Assembly (NCBI GenBank): GCA_964497425.1 | Contig: CAZCCR010000002.1 | Span: 40,336-104,335, forward strand | DNA length: 64,000 bases | DNA from: an uncultured Gaiellales bacterium | Lineage (GTDB): Bacteria > Actinomycetota > Thermoleophilia > BMS3ABIN01 | Direction of reading: 5' to 3' | Shown: positions 49,625 through 58,385 of the stretch, in pieces | Numbering within the stretch: the stretch's first letter is position 1 | How the letters are laid out: the number at the start of each line of letters is the position of its first letter | The notes under the pieces: generated by a model | Told to the model about the DNA's origin: nothing | The model's input: the letters and a program-made list of their open reading frames with translations, nothing else | Database searches by the model: none | Made by a program: the position numbers and the translations under genes

Positions 49625-49913
49625 TTCCATCACCTGGGCATTCCAGTAACCGAATAAAATCTTCTCCGGGGAGCCGCGTCCCCGGCGCCACTCTCAACCT
49701 GCGCTGCAACGTCTGCCTGGCGGCTGCCTTGTCAAAACATTCCCGGGAGGGACAGGTATACGCTCCCCGTCCCGGGGCGGCGCCGCTCTCATCCAGGACA
49801 ACCGTTCGTCCGTCGCCGCCTTCCCGCAAAGTAAACCTGACGAGGGCGCTTTTCGCAAACCGACGCCCGCAACCGGCGCACATCCGCTTCGGAACATGCC
49901 CCTTCCCTGCCAA
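49602..49913 (-). CDS. ylxR: YlxR/DUF448-family RNA-binding protein
   Basis: [18 protein letters not shown] motif; conserved gene between nusA and infB. Confidence 0.8.
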   Translation of the reverse strand: MAGKGHVPKRMCAGCGRRFAKSALVRFTLREGGDGRTVVLDESGAAPGRGAYTCPSRECFDKAAARQTLQRRLRVAPGTRLPGEDFIRLLECPGDGNGQKKGP

Positions 49914-49915
49914 TG

Positions 49916-51574
49916 TCAGGAGCCGGGGTCGGCCGGCTCGGACGCCGGCTCTTCTTCCACCCCGGAGGCCTCTTCGCCGGATGTCTCTATATCCCCGCTC
50001 TCGCCGCCCGATTCACCGGCTTCGGCCGCTGCCTCATCCTCCTCTTCGGATTCGGCTTCAGTTTCGGCTTCAGCACCAGCGCCAGCGGCTTCTTCATCGG
50101 TCCCGGCAACCTCTTCTTCCGTCCCGGCTTCCCCTTCCCCGCCGGCGCCTTCCGCCTCGGCTTCTTTCTGCTCGACCTGGGCCTGGTGGGACGGGATGCC
50201 GCAGAACCTGCTGCCGGACAGGGCGGCGTTGGGACAGCGCTTCCCGCTCTGGGTCAGCGCGCAGCAACGGCCTGCCAGTTCCTCTACCTCCTCATCGGAG
50301 AAGGCGACGGCTTCATCCTCTTCCGCCATCTGGCTCTCGCTCTTTATATCGATACGCCAGCCGGTGAGCTTGTTGGCCAGACGCGCGTTCTGCCCTTCCT
50401 TGCCGATCGCCAGCGACAGCTGGTCGTCGGGGACGACCACGGTAGCGGACTTCTCCTCGTCATCAACCAGCACCTCGCGCACGATGGCGGGGCTGAGGGC
50501 CTTGGCCACGAAGCGCGCCGGCTCCTCGTTGTATGGGATGATGTCGATCTTTTCCCCGCGCAATTCGCTTACGACCATGCGCACGCGCGAGCCGCGCGGA
50601 CCGACACAGGCGCCTACCGGGTCGATGCCTTCCTCTTTGGACTCGACGGCGATCTTGGACCGGTGTCCCGGCTCCCGGGCGATATTACGGATGACGACCA
50701 GGCCGTCCGAGACTTCGGGCACTTCCAGCTCGAAGAGCTTGCGGATGAGTTCGTCGCTGCGGCGAGAGACGATGACCTGCGGCCCCTTGGTGTGTTCGCG
50801 CACATCGGTGATGACCGCCTTGATGCGGGAACCGTGCTCGTAACGTTCATGGTCCACCTGCTCGCTCTCGGGCAGCAACGCCTCGACCTTGCCCAGGTCC
50901 ACCAGCGTATAACGCTGGTCGCTCTGCTGCACCAGGCCGGAGACTATCTCGCCGATGCGGTCCTGGTATTCATCATACATCATGTCCCGTTCGGCTTCCC
51001 GTATCCTCTGGAAGATCACCTGCTTGGCGGTCTGGGCGGCTATGCGCCCGAAGTCATCCGGCGTGTCGATCCTTACCTTCTCGATCTCGCTCTCGTCATA
51101 TAGTGATAGGTCGAACCCCTCTTCGCCCTCACCGGCGTCTTCGATTTCAGGCGCTGCCTCTGCCGCAGGGGCCGCCGTTTCCCCAGCCGCTTCCGCCTCT
51201 ACAGCTCCCTCATCGGCCACGCCCTTGTTGCCGGGGGCTTCCTCTCCGGCGCCTTCACCAGCGGCACCTTCCTCACCGGAACCGGCCTCTCCCGCCTGCT
51301 CCCCGCCGGCTTCCATCAGGCTTTCTCCGGTACGGTAATCTATGCCGGCTGCTTCGGCGGCGACCACGGCGGCCGGACGCTCGGGCAGGATGAGTTCATA
51401 GATGGTTATCTCGCCATCATCGGGATTGATCTCGACCTTGGCGTACTCCACCGCATCCGGTGTCTTCTTGTAAGCAGACAGCAGGGCATCTTCCAGCGCC
51501 GTCAAAAGCACCTCGAAGTTGATGCCCTTTTCATCTTCCAGAAGCCTTAATGCTTCAACTATCTCCTTGCTCAC
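49916..51574 (-). CDS. nusA: Transcription termination/antitermination factor NusA with acidic insertions and a Cys-containing C-terminal extension
   Basis: N-terminal NusA domain ([18 protein letters not shown]), S1 domain, two KH domains. Has an Ala/Glu/Gly-rich insert between the NTD and S1. C-terminal [13 protein letters not shown]...RFCGIPSH plus a long acidic tail. Confidence 0.9.
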   Translation of the reverse strand: MSKEIVEALRLLEDEKGINFEVLLTALEDALLSAYKKTPDAVEYAKVEINPDDGEITIYELILPERPAAVVAAEAAGIDYRTGESLMEAGGEQAGEAGSGEEGAAGEGAGEEAPGNKGVADEGAVEAEAAGETAAPAAEAAPEIEDAGEGEEGFDLSLYDESEIEKVRIDTPDDFGRIAAQTAKQVIFQRIREAERDMMYDEYQDRIGEIVSGLVQQSDQRYTLVDLGKVEALLPESEQVDHERYEHGSRIKAVITDVREHTKGPQVIVSRRSDELIRKLFELEVPEVSDGLVVIRNIAREPGHRSKIAVESKEEGIDPVGACVGPRGSRVRMVVSELRGEKIDIIPYNEEPARFVAKALSPAIVREVLVDDEEKSATVVVPDDQLSLAIGKEGQNARLANKLTGWRIDIKSESQMAEEDEAVAFSDEEVEELAGRCCALTQSGKRCPNAALSGSRFCGIPSHQAQVEQKEAEAEGAGGEGEAGTEEEVAGTDEEAAGAGAEAETEAESEEEDEAAAEAGESGGESGDIETSGEEASGVEEEPASEPADPGS

Positions 51575-51674
51575 CTTCGGACTCCTTTTTCTCTGTTATC
51601 TCTTCGCACCGGCGCTCGCGCGGCCGATGCTGTTTATCGTTCCCGGCCATTTGCCGCATGTCCACAACGTCTCA

Positions 51675-52118
51675 CTACTTCCTGCCGAAATCAAAGACGG
51701 TCCGGGCGGCGGCGATATCGTCCATGGCGAGCGCCATCTCCGCCCCGTCGACTTCCATCATCAGCTCATCCTCCGTTGCCGAGACTAAAAAACCGGTGAA
51801 GTTCCGTCGTCCTTCAACCGGTCGAAAAGTCTTTACGCTGATCTTTTTCCCTGCCGCCGCCTGAAAATGCTCAGGCCGCCGCAGCCTTCTTTCCACACCC
51901 GGTGAAGAGACTTCGACCGTGTGGTCCCGCGAATACTCCTTCAACAGTCCGCTGACGCGTCCGCAAAGTTCGTGGTCCACGCCCTGCGGGTGATCGATGA
52001 AGACCCGGAGAACACGGTTGCCACCGCCACCCGTCAATTCCAGGTCGACCAGCTCGACATCCGGCAGGCTCTCCGCCAGTTTGAGCTCGATATCAGCAAA
52101 TGTCTCCGCATTCTTCAA
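51675..52118 (-). CDS. rimP: Ribosome maturation factor RimP
   Basis: 147 aa, RimP N/C domains, directly upstream of nusA. Confidence 0.8.
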   Translation of the reverse strand: MKNAETFADIELKLAESLPDVELVDLELTGGGGNRVLRVFIDHPQGVDHELCGRVSGLLKEYSRDHTVEVSSPGVERRLRRPEHFQAAAGKKISVKTFRPVEGRRNFTGFLVSATEDELMMEVDGAEMALAMDDIAAARTVFDFGRK

Positions 52119-52159
52119 CGCCCACCAGCAAAAATAAAAGTGGGTTCAACAGACCCACT

Positions 52160-52290
52160 CCGAATCACAACCCGCAGTTTGAGAAATTATATCACATGCT
52201 GAAAAGCACCCGCAAGCAACGGGATGCCACCGAAACAGCATGATTATACATGAAAATATCCCAATTAACAGGGATTTTCTACAAGGAACG
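52160..52290 (-). promoter_or_regulatory. Candidate promoter region of the rimP-nusA-infB operon (two TATAAT boxes, one with an extended TGn)
   Basis: On the minus strand: ...ttttcatgTATAATcatgctg... and ...agcaTGtgaTATAATttctc..., upstream of the rimP start. Locally AT-rich against a high-GC background. Confidence 0.4.
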
Positions 52291-52322
52291 AGTGGACGGC
52301 CACCTGTAGCGGCCGGTGCGGA

Positions 52323-53783
52323 TCAGGGAGGCGGTTGCGGGAACCATATCTCGCCGCCCTGCTTGTCGAGGCAACTGGCGAACAGGGCGGTATGGAAGTG
52401 ACTTATCCCCGGCGGGACCATGAACCTCACCGTGAAATCGTGGCAGCCCCCGACCTCGATCCTGTCCGCCGGCGGCGGCAGCTCTCCGGCGACCTGTACT
52501 GAATCCGGGGTCAGCTGCACTTGCCTGACGGCCACATCCAGTGCCGGGACATCCCCGTAGTTGGATATGCCATAAGTGACGGAAAGCATCCCGGCCTGGT
52601 AATCCATCATGTCCCGCCAGAAAACCGACCGGATGGACAGACCCAGGACAGGCTTCACCCCCATGCTGTCCCACGGCGCCAGCTCCGCGCTGTAGATGTC
52701 CCAATCACCGTTGCGGTTGTCCTGCCAGACGACTGTATTGCCGTCTATGTCGGGGTTCACCTGGTCCCCCGAGGCGCCACACAGCAGTTGTTCCTGCCCC
52801 GTATCCAGATCCCTGACGTAGAGGTCCCATTCTCCGACCCAGCGGCCCTGGTCGTCCAGATGCCCGGCCCGGTTGTCCTGATACACAAGGATGTTACCAT
52901 CGGTCACAGGGTTGATCTGGTCGCCGGGCTCCTGGACCACGGGCGAACCCGGTGTGCCCGGTACGGCCTGGAAGATGTCCCATGTCTGTCCCGGCTCATT
53001 CAGCTTCTGTTGATAGATGACCCGGTCATCATCGATATCCGGTTCGCCACGCTGGTAGAGGCTGTCACCGCTTGAGGACATACCACCGCCCACCTGGGTC
53101 AGATAGGACCAGCTGCCGTCGCTCAGATCGTAATCGACCAGGAGCGGCTCGTAATACCTTGTACTGTAGCCACGCATCCTGACCCAGACAGCATGTTGCC
53201 CTTCCACATCCGGGTCGTAGCGCATCCCGTTACGCGAATAGCTGTCCAGCTTCCTGCTGCGTCCGCTTGTGAAATCCACGCGGCTGATAGTGCTGCCCCC
53301 GTCCCGTTCACCGGTGACCGCATAAGCGCCGGACAGCGACAGGTCCGATGCCGGTGTCGAGGTCACGCAGCTCCGGGCGCCGTCCGCCATCGACCGGCGG
53401 CAGACCCTCGAGTCGCTGTCCTGCCAGGCGACGAAGCCTTCGTCCAGGTCGGGACCGGCCCATACCCCCGGGCCATACACGGGTACTTCTCCCCCGTTAC
53501 CGCCCAGTTGCCTGGTGACCACCCATCCATCCGGAGAGCGCCCCAGGTCGTTGAACGCGACCACGCCGCCGTCCACTGCAGGGGCGACCTGGTCACCAGG
53601 CGATGTCGTCACCGGTGACTCCAGGACCCTCCAGGGCCCGTTGCCATCGGCTGTGGCAGGGCCTGTCTGCATCAACAGCAGCGGAGCGACACAGCAGATC
53701 GACGCTACCGCCAGCCATAGACGTTTCAGCAACCATGACTTCCCCCCGGTTGGACCGGCCCCTCTCTCCCGTCCCCCGGCCAT
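52323..53783 (-). CDS. Secreted PD40/TolB-like beta-propeller repeat protein with a C-terminal beta-sandwich-like domain
   Basis: Signal peptide (KSWLLKRLWLAVASICCVAPLLLMQTGPATA), then repeated D-Q-x-N/P-x-x-D-G-x-x-V/L-V/Y-x-D-x-R-x-G-x-W-D-I/L-Y units. Confidence 0.65.
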   Translation of the reverse strand: MAGGRERGAGPTGGKSWLLKRLWLAVASICCVAPLLLMQTGPATADGNGPWRVLESPVTTSPGDQVAPAVDGGVVAFNDLGRSPDGWVVTRQLGGNGGEVPVYGPGVWAGPDLDEGFVAWQDSDSRVCRRSMADGARSCVTSTPASDLSLSGAYAVTGERDGGSTISRVDFTSGRSRKLDSYSRNGMRYDPDVEGQHAVWVRMRGYSTRYYEPLLVDYDLSDGSWSYLTQVGGGMSSSGDSLYQRGEPDIDDDRVIYQQKLNEPGQTWDIFQAVPGTPGSPVVQEPGDQINPVTDGNILVYQDNRAGHLDDQGRWVGEWDLYVRDLDTGQEQLLCGASGDQVNPDIDGNTVVWQDNRNGDWDIYSAELAPWDSMGVKPVLGLSIRSVFWRDMMDYQAGMLSVTYGISNYGDVPALDVAVRQVQLTPDSVQVAGELPPPADRIEVGGCHDFTVRFMVPPGISHFHTALFASCLDKQGGEIWFPQPPP

Positions 53784-54208
53784 TCCCGGGGAATACCGAC
53801 TGCTGCTCTCTTCATACCCCTTGCCTTCCCGACACGGAACAGGAAAAACTTCACCACCGATCCTCCGCCGGGAATCACCGGCCACGTCCCCATGGACAAG
53901 CCACCCCTCAACCACTCTCCGCAACCGCATCTCTCCTCGCTTTCACCGCTCGCACTTCCCGCTTGCAGACATCATCGCCATCAATACTTCAGAACCTATT
54001 TGACCCGGGCCGCATCACCTCACAGGATTCACTTATCTCCGATGTCAGCTACTCTATCAACTGAGAAAAAAAAATTAATCGTACACTGGTATGATTCGCT
54101 CCCGGAAAAAGTCTTATATCAGAGTTTGTATCGCATGTTTAACGCTGGGGCCCGGCGGCTATCCTTTATTAAGCGGATTAACGAAGAACAGCGGCCTGGA
54201 GAGGGACT

Positions 54209-54793
54209 ATGACACTATCGGGAACGAGGGTAGCGGCACTGGCGGCCCCGGGTTTCGAAGACGCCGAACTCACTGAACCGGTCAGCGCCCTGGCCTATGC
54301 AGGTTCGGATGTAACCGTGGTGGCGCTCTCCGAAGAAGACAAACGCGGGCTCCGGGGCAAGCGGGGCACGGTCGTCACGGCTGACGCCACCATCGATGAG
54401 GTCGAGGAAGGCAGGTTCGACGCTCTGGTCATCCCCGGCGGCAAAAGCCCGGCCCACCTGCGCCGGGACCGGCGCGTGCTCGGTCTGGTCCAGGCCTTCA
54501 TGGATAAAGGCAAGCTTGTGGCGGCTATCTGCCATGGACCACAGGTGCTGGCGTCAGCCGGAGTCCTGGGGGGCAGGACCGCGACCGGCTATCGTTCCGT
54601 CAGGAAGGAAGTGGAAGCAGCCGGCGCGCGTTTCCTCGACCAGCCGGTGGTAGCGGACGGCAACCTGATAACATCGCGCAGGCCTGGTGATATCCCCCGC
54701 TTCATCAACGCCATCGTGGCTTACCTGGAGACGGAGAAGGAAAGCCGGCGCGGCCTTGAACCGGCGGGGGAGGAGATCGGTCAAAAAGGGTGA
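54209..54793 (+). CDS. DJ-1/PfpI-family class I glutamine amidotransferase-like protein
   Basis: AICHGPQVLASAGVL nucleophile-elbow motif, 194 aa. Confidence 0.8.
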   Translation: MTLSGTRVAALAAPGFEDAELTEPVSALAYAGSDVTVVALSEEDKRGLRGKRGTVVTADATIDEVEEGRFDALVIPGGKSPAHLRRDRRVLGLVQAFMDKGKLVAAICHGPQVLASAGVLGGRTATGYRSVRKEVEAAGARFLDQPVVADGNLITSRRPGDIPRFINAIVAYLETEKESRRGLEPAGEEIGQKG

Positions 54794-54817
54794 AGGACAA
54801 GGCACGGAAGTGAGGGA

Positions 54818-55357
54818 ATGAGCGCTCAGACTAAAGGAAAAGACAGGGAAGAGCGAAGGTGGATGAGCTGGGTTTACGGCGGCATCCTCCTGGGGCTGCT
54901 CAATACTTTCGCAGTAGCCACTTACGGCGCCCTGGGGGTCAGCCGTAACTATGTGGTGCTCGACAACCTGATCCTGCGGCTGTTCGGCTCTGATCTTGAC
55001 GGCAGCAACTCCTATCTGGGCGGGGTACCCTCGACAGCCGACTGGCTGTTCATGCTCAGCGTCGGCATGGTGGTCGGAGGCTTCCTGGCAGCCATCATCA
55101 AGGGAAAGCTAAACATGCGCTCCGTTCCCCGTCTCTGGGCCAGCCGTTTCGGTGAAAGCAAGGCCAAACGTTTTACCGCCGCCTTCGCCGGTGGTTTCCT
55201 GCTCCTTTTCGGCGCCAGGCTGGCGGGCGGCTGTACCAGCGGCCTGGTACTCAGCGGCGTCGCCCAGATGGCCCTGGCCGGCTTCCTCTTCGGCGCCGCC
55301 ATCCTGTTCTCGGGCATCGTCACCGCGAGGCTGCTCTACCGGAAGCAGGGGTCATGA
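54818..55357 (+). CDS. YeeE/YedE-family sulfur (thiosulfate) transporter, N-terminal half-protein
   Basis: Four TM helices with a GGCTSG motif; paired and translationally coupled to the next ORF. Confidence 0.7.
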   Translation: MSAQTKGKDREERRWMSWVYGGILLGLLNTFAVATYGALGVSRNYVVLDNLILRLFGSDLDGSNSYLGGVPSTADWLFMLSVGMVVGGFLAAIIKGKLNMRSVPRLWASRFGESKAKRFTAAFAGGFLLLFGARLAGGCTSGLVLSGVAQMALAGFLFGAAILFSGIVTARLLYRKQGS

Positions 55358-55989
55358 CGGCGCTGGCGGCGATAGCGGCCCAGGTGGGCATCGTCGGCGG
55401 CACCGACGCCCGGGCGCTGGTCATCGGCCTGCTGACGGGCATCGCCTTCGGCGCCATCCTGCAGCGCGCCGGAGCCTCCAGCTATCACATGATAGTGAAC
55501 ATGTTGCGCCTGAAGGACCTTACCATCATGAAGTTCCTCTTCCTGGCCATAGCCGTGGGCTCCGTCGGCATGTACGTGGTCGATGCGGTGGGGACCGCCC
55601 ACATCGGCATTGCGCCGGTCTACCTGCCCGGCATCATCATCGGCGGCCTCATCTTCGGCGTGGGCTGGGCGCTTTCCGGCTACTGCCCGGGGACGGTGCT
55701 GGTGGCCATGTCCGAGGGCAAGTCTGACGCGGCGGTCACCGTCCTCGGCGGACTGGCGGGAGCCTTCACCCTGGCCCTGACCTGGGATTACCTCAGGCCG
55801 GCGCTGGTCGATCCCCTGAACTACGGGGGCAAGAGCCTCTACGATGCCATCGGGGCCGATCCCCTGCCTGTCGCCTTCGCCCTGGCGGCGGTGATCATCG
55901 CCTTCGTCATCTACCTGGACCGCGTGGACAGGAAGCCGGAGCGCCAGGCGGGGAAGCGCCTCTCCCCCACAGCGCACCCAGGCCGCTGA
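55354..55989 (+). CDS. YeeE/YedE-family sulfur transporter, C-terminal half-protein
   Basis: TM helices with a GYCPG motif; start overlaps the previous stop (ATGA). Confidence 0.7.
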   Translation: MTALAAIAAQVGIVGGTDARALVIGLLTGIAFGAILQRAGASSYHMIVNMLRLKDLTIMKFLFLAIAVGSVGMYVVDAVGTAHIGIAPVYLPGIIIGGLIFGVGWALSGYCPGTVLVAMSEGKSDAAVTVLGGLAGAFTLALTWDYLRPALVDPLNYGGKSLYDAIGADPLPVAFALAAVIIAFVIYLDRVDRKPERQAGKRLSPTAHPGR

Positions 55990-56201
55990 GAGCCAGCGCC
56001 GGGACGGACACCGGCCTGACGCCCGGGGCAGGCATCCTTACGGTCAGGCTTCACCTCCCATCCGCCTTTATTGAAAAGCCTGCAAATAACCGCTTTTTAA
56101 TAAAAGTTCATGTTCATCGACCAGCCGGAAGGGTATGCCATACATAGACCACGTCAGCAAGGCGCCTCAACGGCGCCGTGACTATGTATGGAGGAACAAG
56201 G

Positions 56202-57371
56202 ATGCAGATGCGCAAGACATTGCGACGCCGGACGTCGTTGATAGCGGCGGTCTCAGCGCTGTCACTTTTGATCGTCCTGGCGGCCTCCGGCTGTGGTGAC
56301 CCGTCAGCAGACGACAGACCGGGTGACCTGAAAGACGCCACATCCGGCTGGGACACGGACTGGAGCCGCCACACCGTCCCCTATAACGAGCTGCTGTCGG
56401 GAGGGCCGCCGCGCGACGGGATACCCTCCATCGACGAACCCGGGTTCATCAGCCCCGCGAAGGCGGAGGATTGGCTGGCGGACAAGGAGCCGGTCATCTC
56501 GCTGGAAGTGGATGGAGAAGCCAAAGCCTACCCGCTGCAGATACTTATCTGGCATGAGATAGTGAACGATGAGATCGCGGGCAGGCCGGTGCTGGTGACC
56601 TTCTGCCCGCTGTGTAACGCCGCCCTGGCTTTCGACCGGACCCTGGACGGCAAGGTCTACGAGTTCGGCACCTCCGGACTGCTGCGCAACTCGGACCTGG
56701 TCATGTATGACCGTCAGACCGATAGCCTCTGGCAGCAGTTCACCGGTGAAGCCATCGTGGGAGAGCTGGCGGGGACAAGGCTGGCGCTCCTCCCCTCGGC
56801 CATCGTCAGCTTCGCCGATTTCAGGGAAGCGTTCCCCGATGGCCGGGTATTGTCCCGGGAGACCGGCTATAGCCGCGATTACGGCAGGAACCCATACGTT
56901 GGCTATGACGCCATGGGCGAGAACCCGTTCCTCTTCACCGGCGAGACGGACGGGCGCCTGCCTGCGATGGAAAGAGTAGTGGCGGTGGAAGTGGACGGAA
57001 CCGATATCGCCTATCCCTTCAGCGTCCTGGAGAAGCTGGGGGTGGTCAACGACGACCCGGCCGGCATGCCGCTGGTGGTGTTCCATCAGAGCGGCACCGT
57101 CAGCGCCCTCGACAACACAGTAATCACCATGTCGGATGATGTGGGCGCCACCGGCGTGTTCAGTCCCCTGGTCGACGGCCGCACACTCACCTTCGTCAAC
57201 GAAGGAGAGGTTATCCGGGACAAGGAGACCGGCAGCACCTGGAGCATACTGGGCCGCGCCACCGGCGGCCCCCTGGCGGGGACGCAGCTTGAGGCGGTCA
57301 GCCATGCCGACTACTTCTGGTTCGCCTGGGCCGCCTTCAAGCCGGATACCATCATCTACAACCCGGAGTGA
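56202..57371 (+). CDS. DUF3179-family lipoprotein (start at the ATG after a GGAGG RBS)
   Basis: Lipobox LAASGC, then a duplicated DUF3179-type module (GGPPRDGIPSID...YPLQILIWHEIVND...CPLCN / ...YPFSVLEKLGVVNDD...). Confidence 0.65.
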   Translation: MQMRKTLRRRTSLIAAVSALSLLIVLAASGCGDPSADDRPGDLKDATSGWDTDWSRHTVPYNELLSGGPPRDGIPSIDEPGFISPAKAEDWLADKEPVISLEVDGEAKAYPLQILIWHEIVNDEIAGRPVLVTFCPLCNAALAFDRTLDGKVYEFGTSGLLRNSDLVMYDRQTDSLWQQFTGEAIVGELAGTRLALLPSAIVSFADFREAFPDGRVLSRETGYSRDYGRNPYVGYDAMGENPFLFTGETDGRLPAMERVVAVEVDGTDIAYPFSVLEKLGVVNDDPAGMPLVVFHQSGTVSALDNTVITMSDDVGATGVFSPLVDGRTLTFVNEGEVIRDKETGSTWSILGRATGGPLAGTQLEAVSHADYFWFAWAAFKPDTIIYNPE

Positions 57372-57391
57372 GGTGCTTGGTACAGGTTACA

Positions 57392-57420
57392 GGGGCGCGG
57401 CGCCGAAGGCGCCGCGCCCC
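57392..57420 (+). terminator. Putative terminator hairpin GGGGCGCGGCGCC-GAAG-GCGCCGCGCCCC, 21 nt after the DUF3179 stop
   Basis: Perfect 13-bp GC stem with a GAAG loop. No clear U-tract, which is common in high-GC genomes. Confidence 0.5.
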
Positions 57421-57889
57421 ATCTCCACAGCCTGTCGGCTTCCAGCCGTAATCCATTTCCGGGCCCGGGCTCCCGGTCCCCTGGAAAGCCGATTCTATGG
57501 GACGGCCGGCGCCTGATGTGCACGGTAGGATCGTGCCCCGAATAAATTCGGGTAGTGGGCACAAACAAAAGGCACCGGCGCCCCTTGATTAAGACAATAG
57601 TATGATTTGGCCTGCGTTCCATCGTACGAAAGTATGATATTTCATTAAAAAGTATGCGTGACGCCTAACAAAAAACACGCAAATTGCGAGATTGTACCGC
57701 ATCCTGGGGCCTAATCCCTTGGACATGCGCCCGCCACATAGGACCGTCCGCGACATCCTGACCCACCGGCCACCGGAGCGCAAAAGGGTACAGGCCGGGA
57801 GCGCCCGTTTTTGCAGGGTAAATGTTTCTTCCTGTTGAACACATACTGGCATGATCGAACGACGGGAAGCGGGAGGATCGCTTCAATCC

Positions 57890-58300
57890 ATGCGGACGTT
57901 GATATTCTTCATAGCCGTGGCCATACTGATCAGCCTGCCGGCGCTTTCCGCCTGCAGCGGCAGTGATGGGGAGGCGCCGGGCACAGCGGCTAACGGCGCG
58001 ACCCAGGCTGCTGTCACTTCCAGCGACGACCGCATGGCCCTGCTGGCGGCGGAGACCATCCTTCGCAACGCGGAGAACTCCCAGGAGAACTACTTCCGGC
58101 ACCACGGCATATATGCCTCCAGCACAGAAAAACTGAGGAACGCAAACGAGAAGATCAGCAACCGGCTGGAGGTCGTCTGGGGAGACACGCGTGGCTACGA
58201 GATGCGCGTCGTGGCCGGCGATGCCGCCCACACCACGCTTATCCTGAAGAAACAGGGGACGAGGATCGAACGGGTGGACAGCAACGGCAACCCCTGGTAG
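57890..58300 (+). CDS. Small putative lipoprotein (start at MRTLIFF after a GGGAGGA RBS)
   Basis: Signal peptide with LSAC lipobox; 136 aa; no recognised domain. Confidence 0.55.
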   Translation: MRTLIFFIAVAILISLPALSACSGSDGEAPGTAANGATQAAVTSSDDRMALLAAETILRNAENSQENYFRHHGIYASSTEKLRNANEKISNRLEVVWGDTRGYEMRVVAGDAAHTTLILKKQGTRIERVDSNGNPW

Positions 58301-58353
58301 CCGTCCCTCTCCCTCCCTGGCAGCCGTCCCTCTCCCTCCCTGGCAGCCGTCCC
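58292..58353. repeat. 23-bp tandem repeat (~2.7 copies) CCCTGG(T/C)AGCCGTCCCTCTCCCT; the first copy contains the lipoprotein TAG stop, later copies read CAG
   Basis: Read directly at 58292-58314, 58315-58337 and 58338-58353. Confidence 0.8.
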
Positions 58354-58385
58354 GGCCGGGGTCCGGGGTCCGCAGCCGTGAAGTC

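Noticed and set aside
49896-51103. Two overlapping ~315-396-aa plus-strand ORFs
   Set aside because: Antisense to nusA; Ser/Ala/Pro-rich low complexity.
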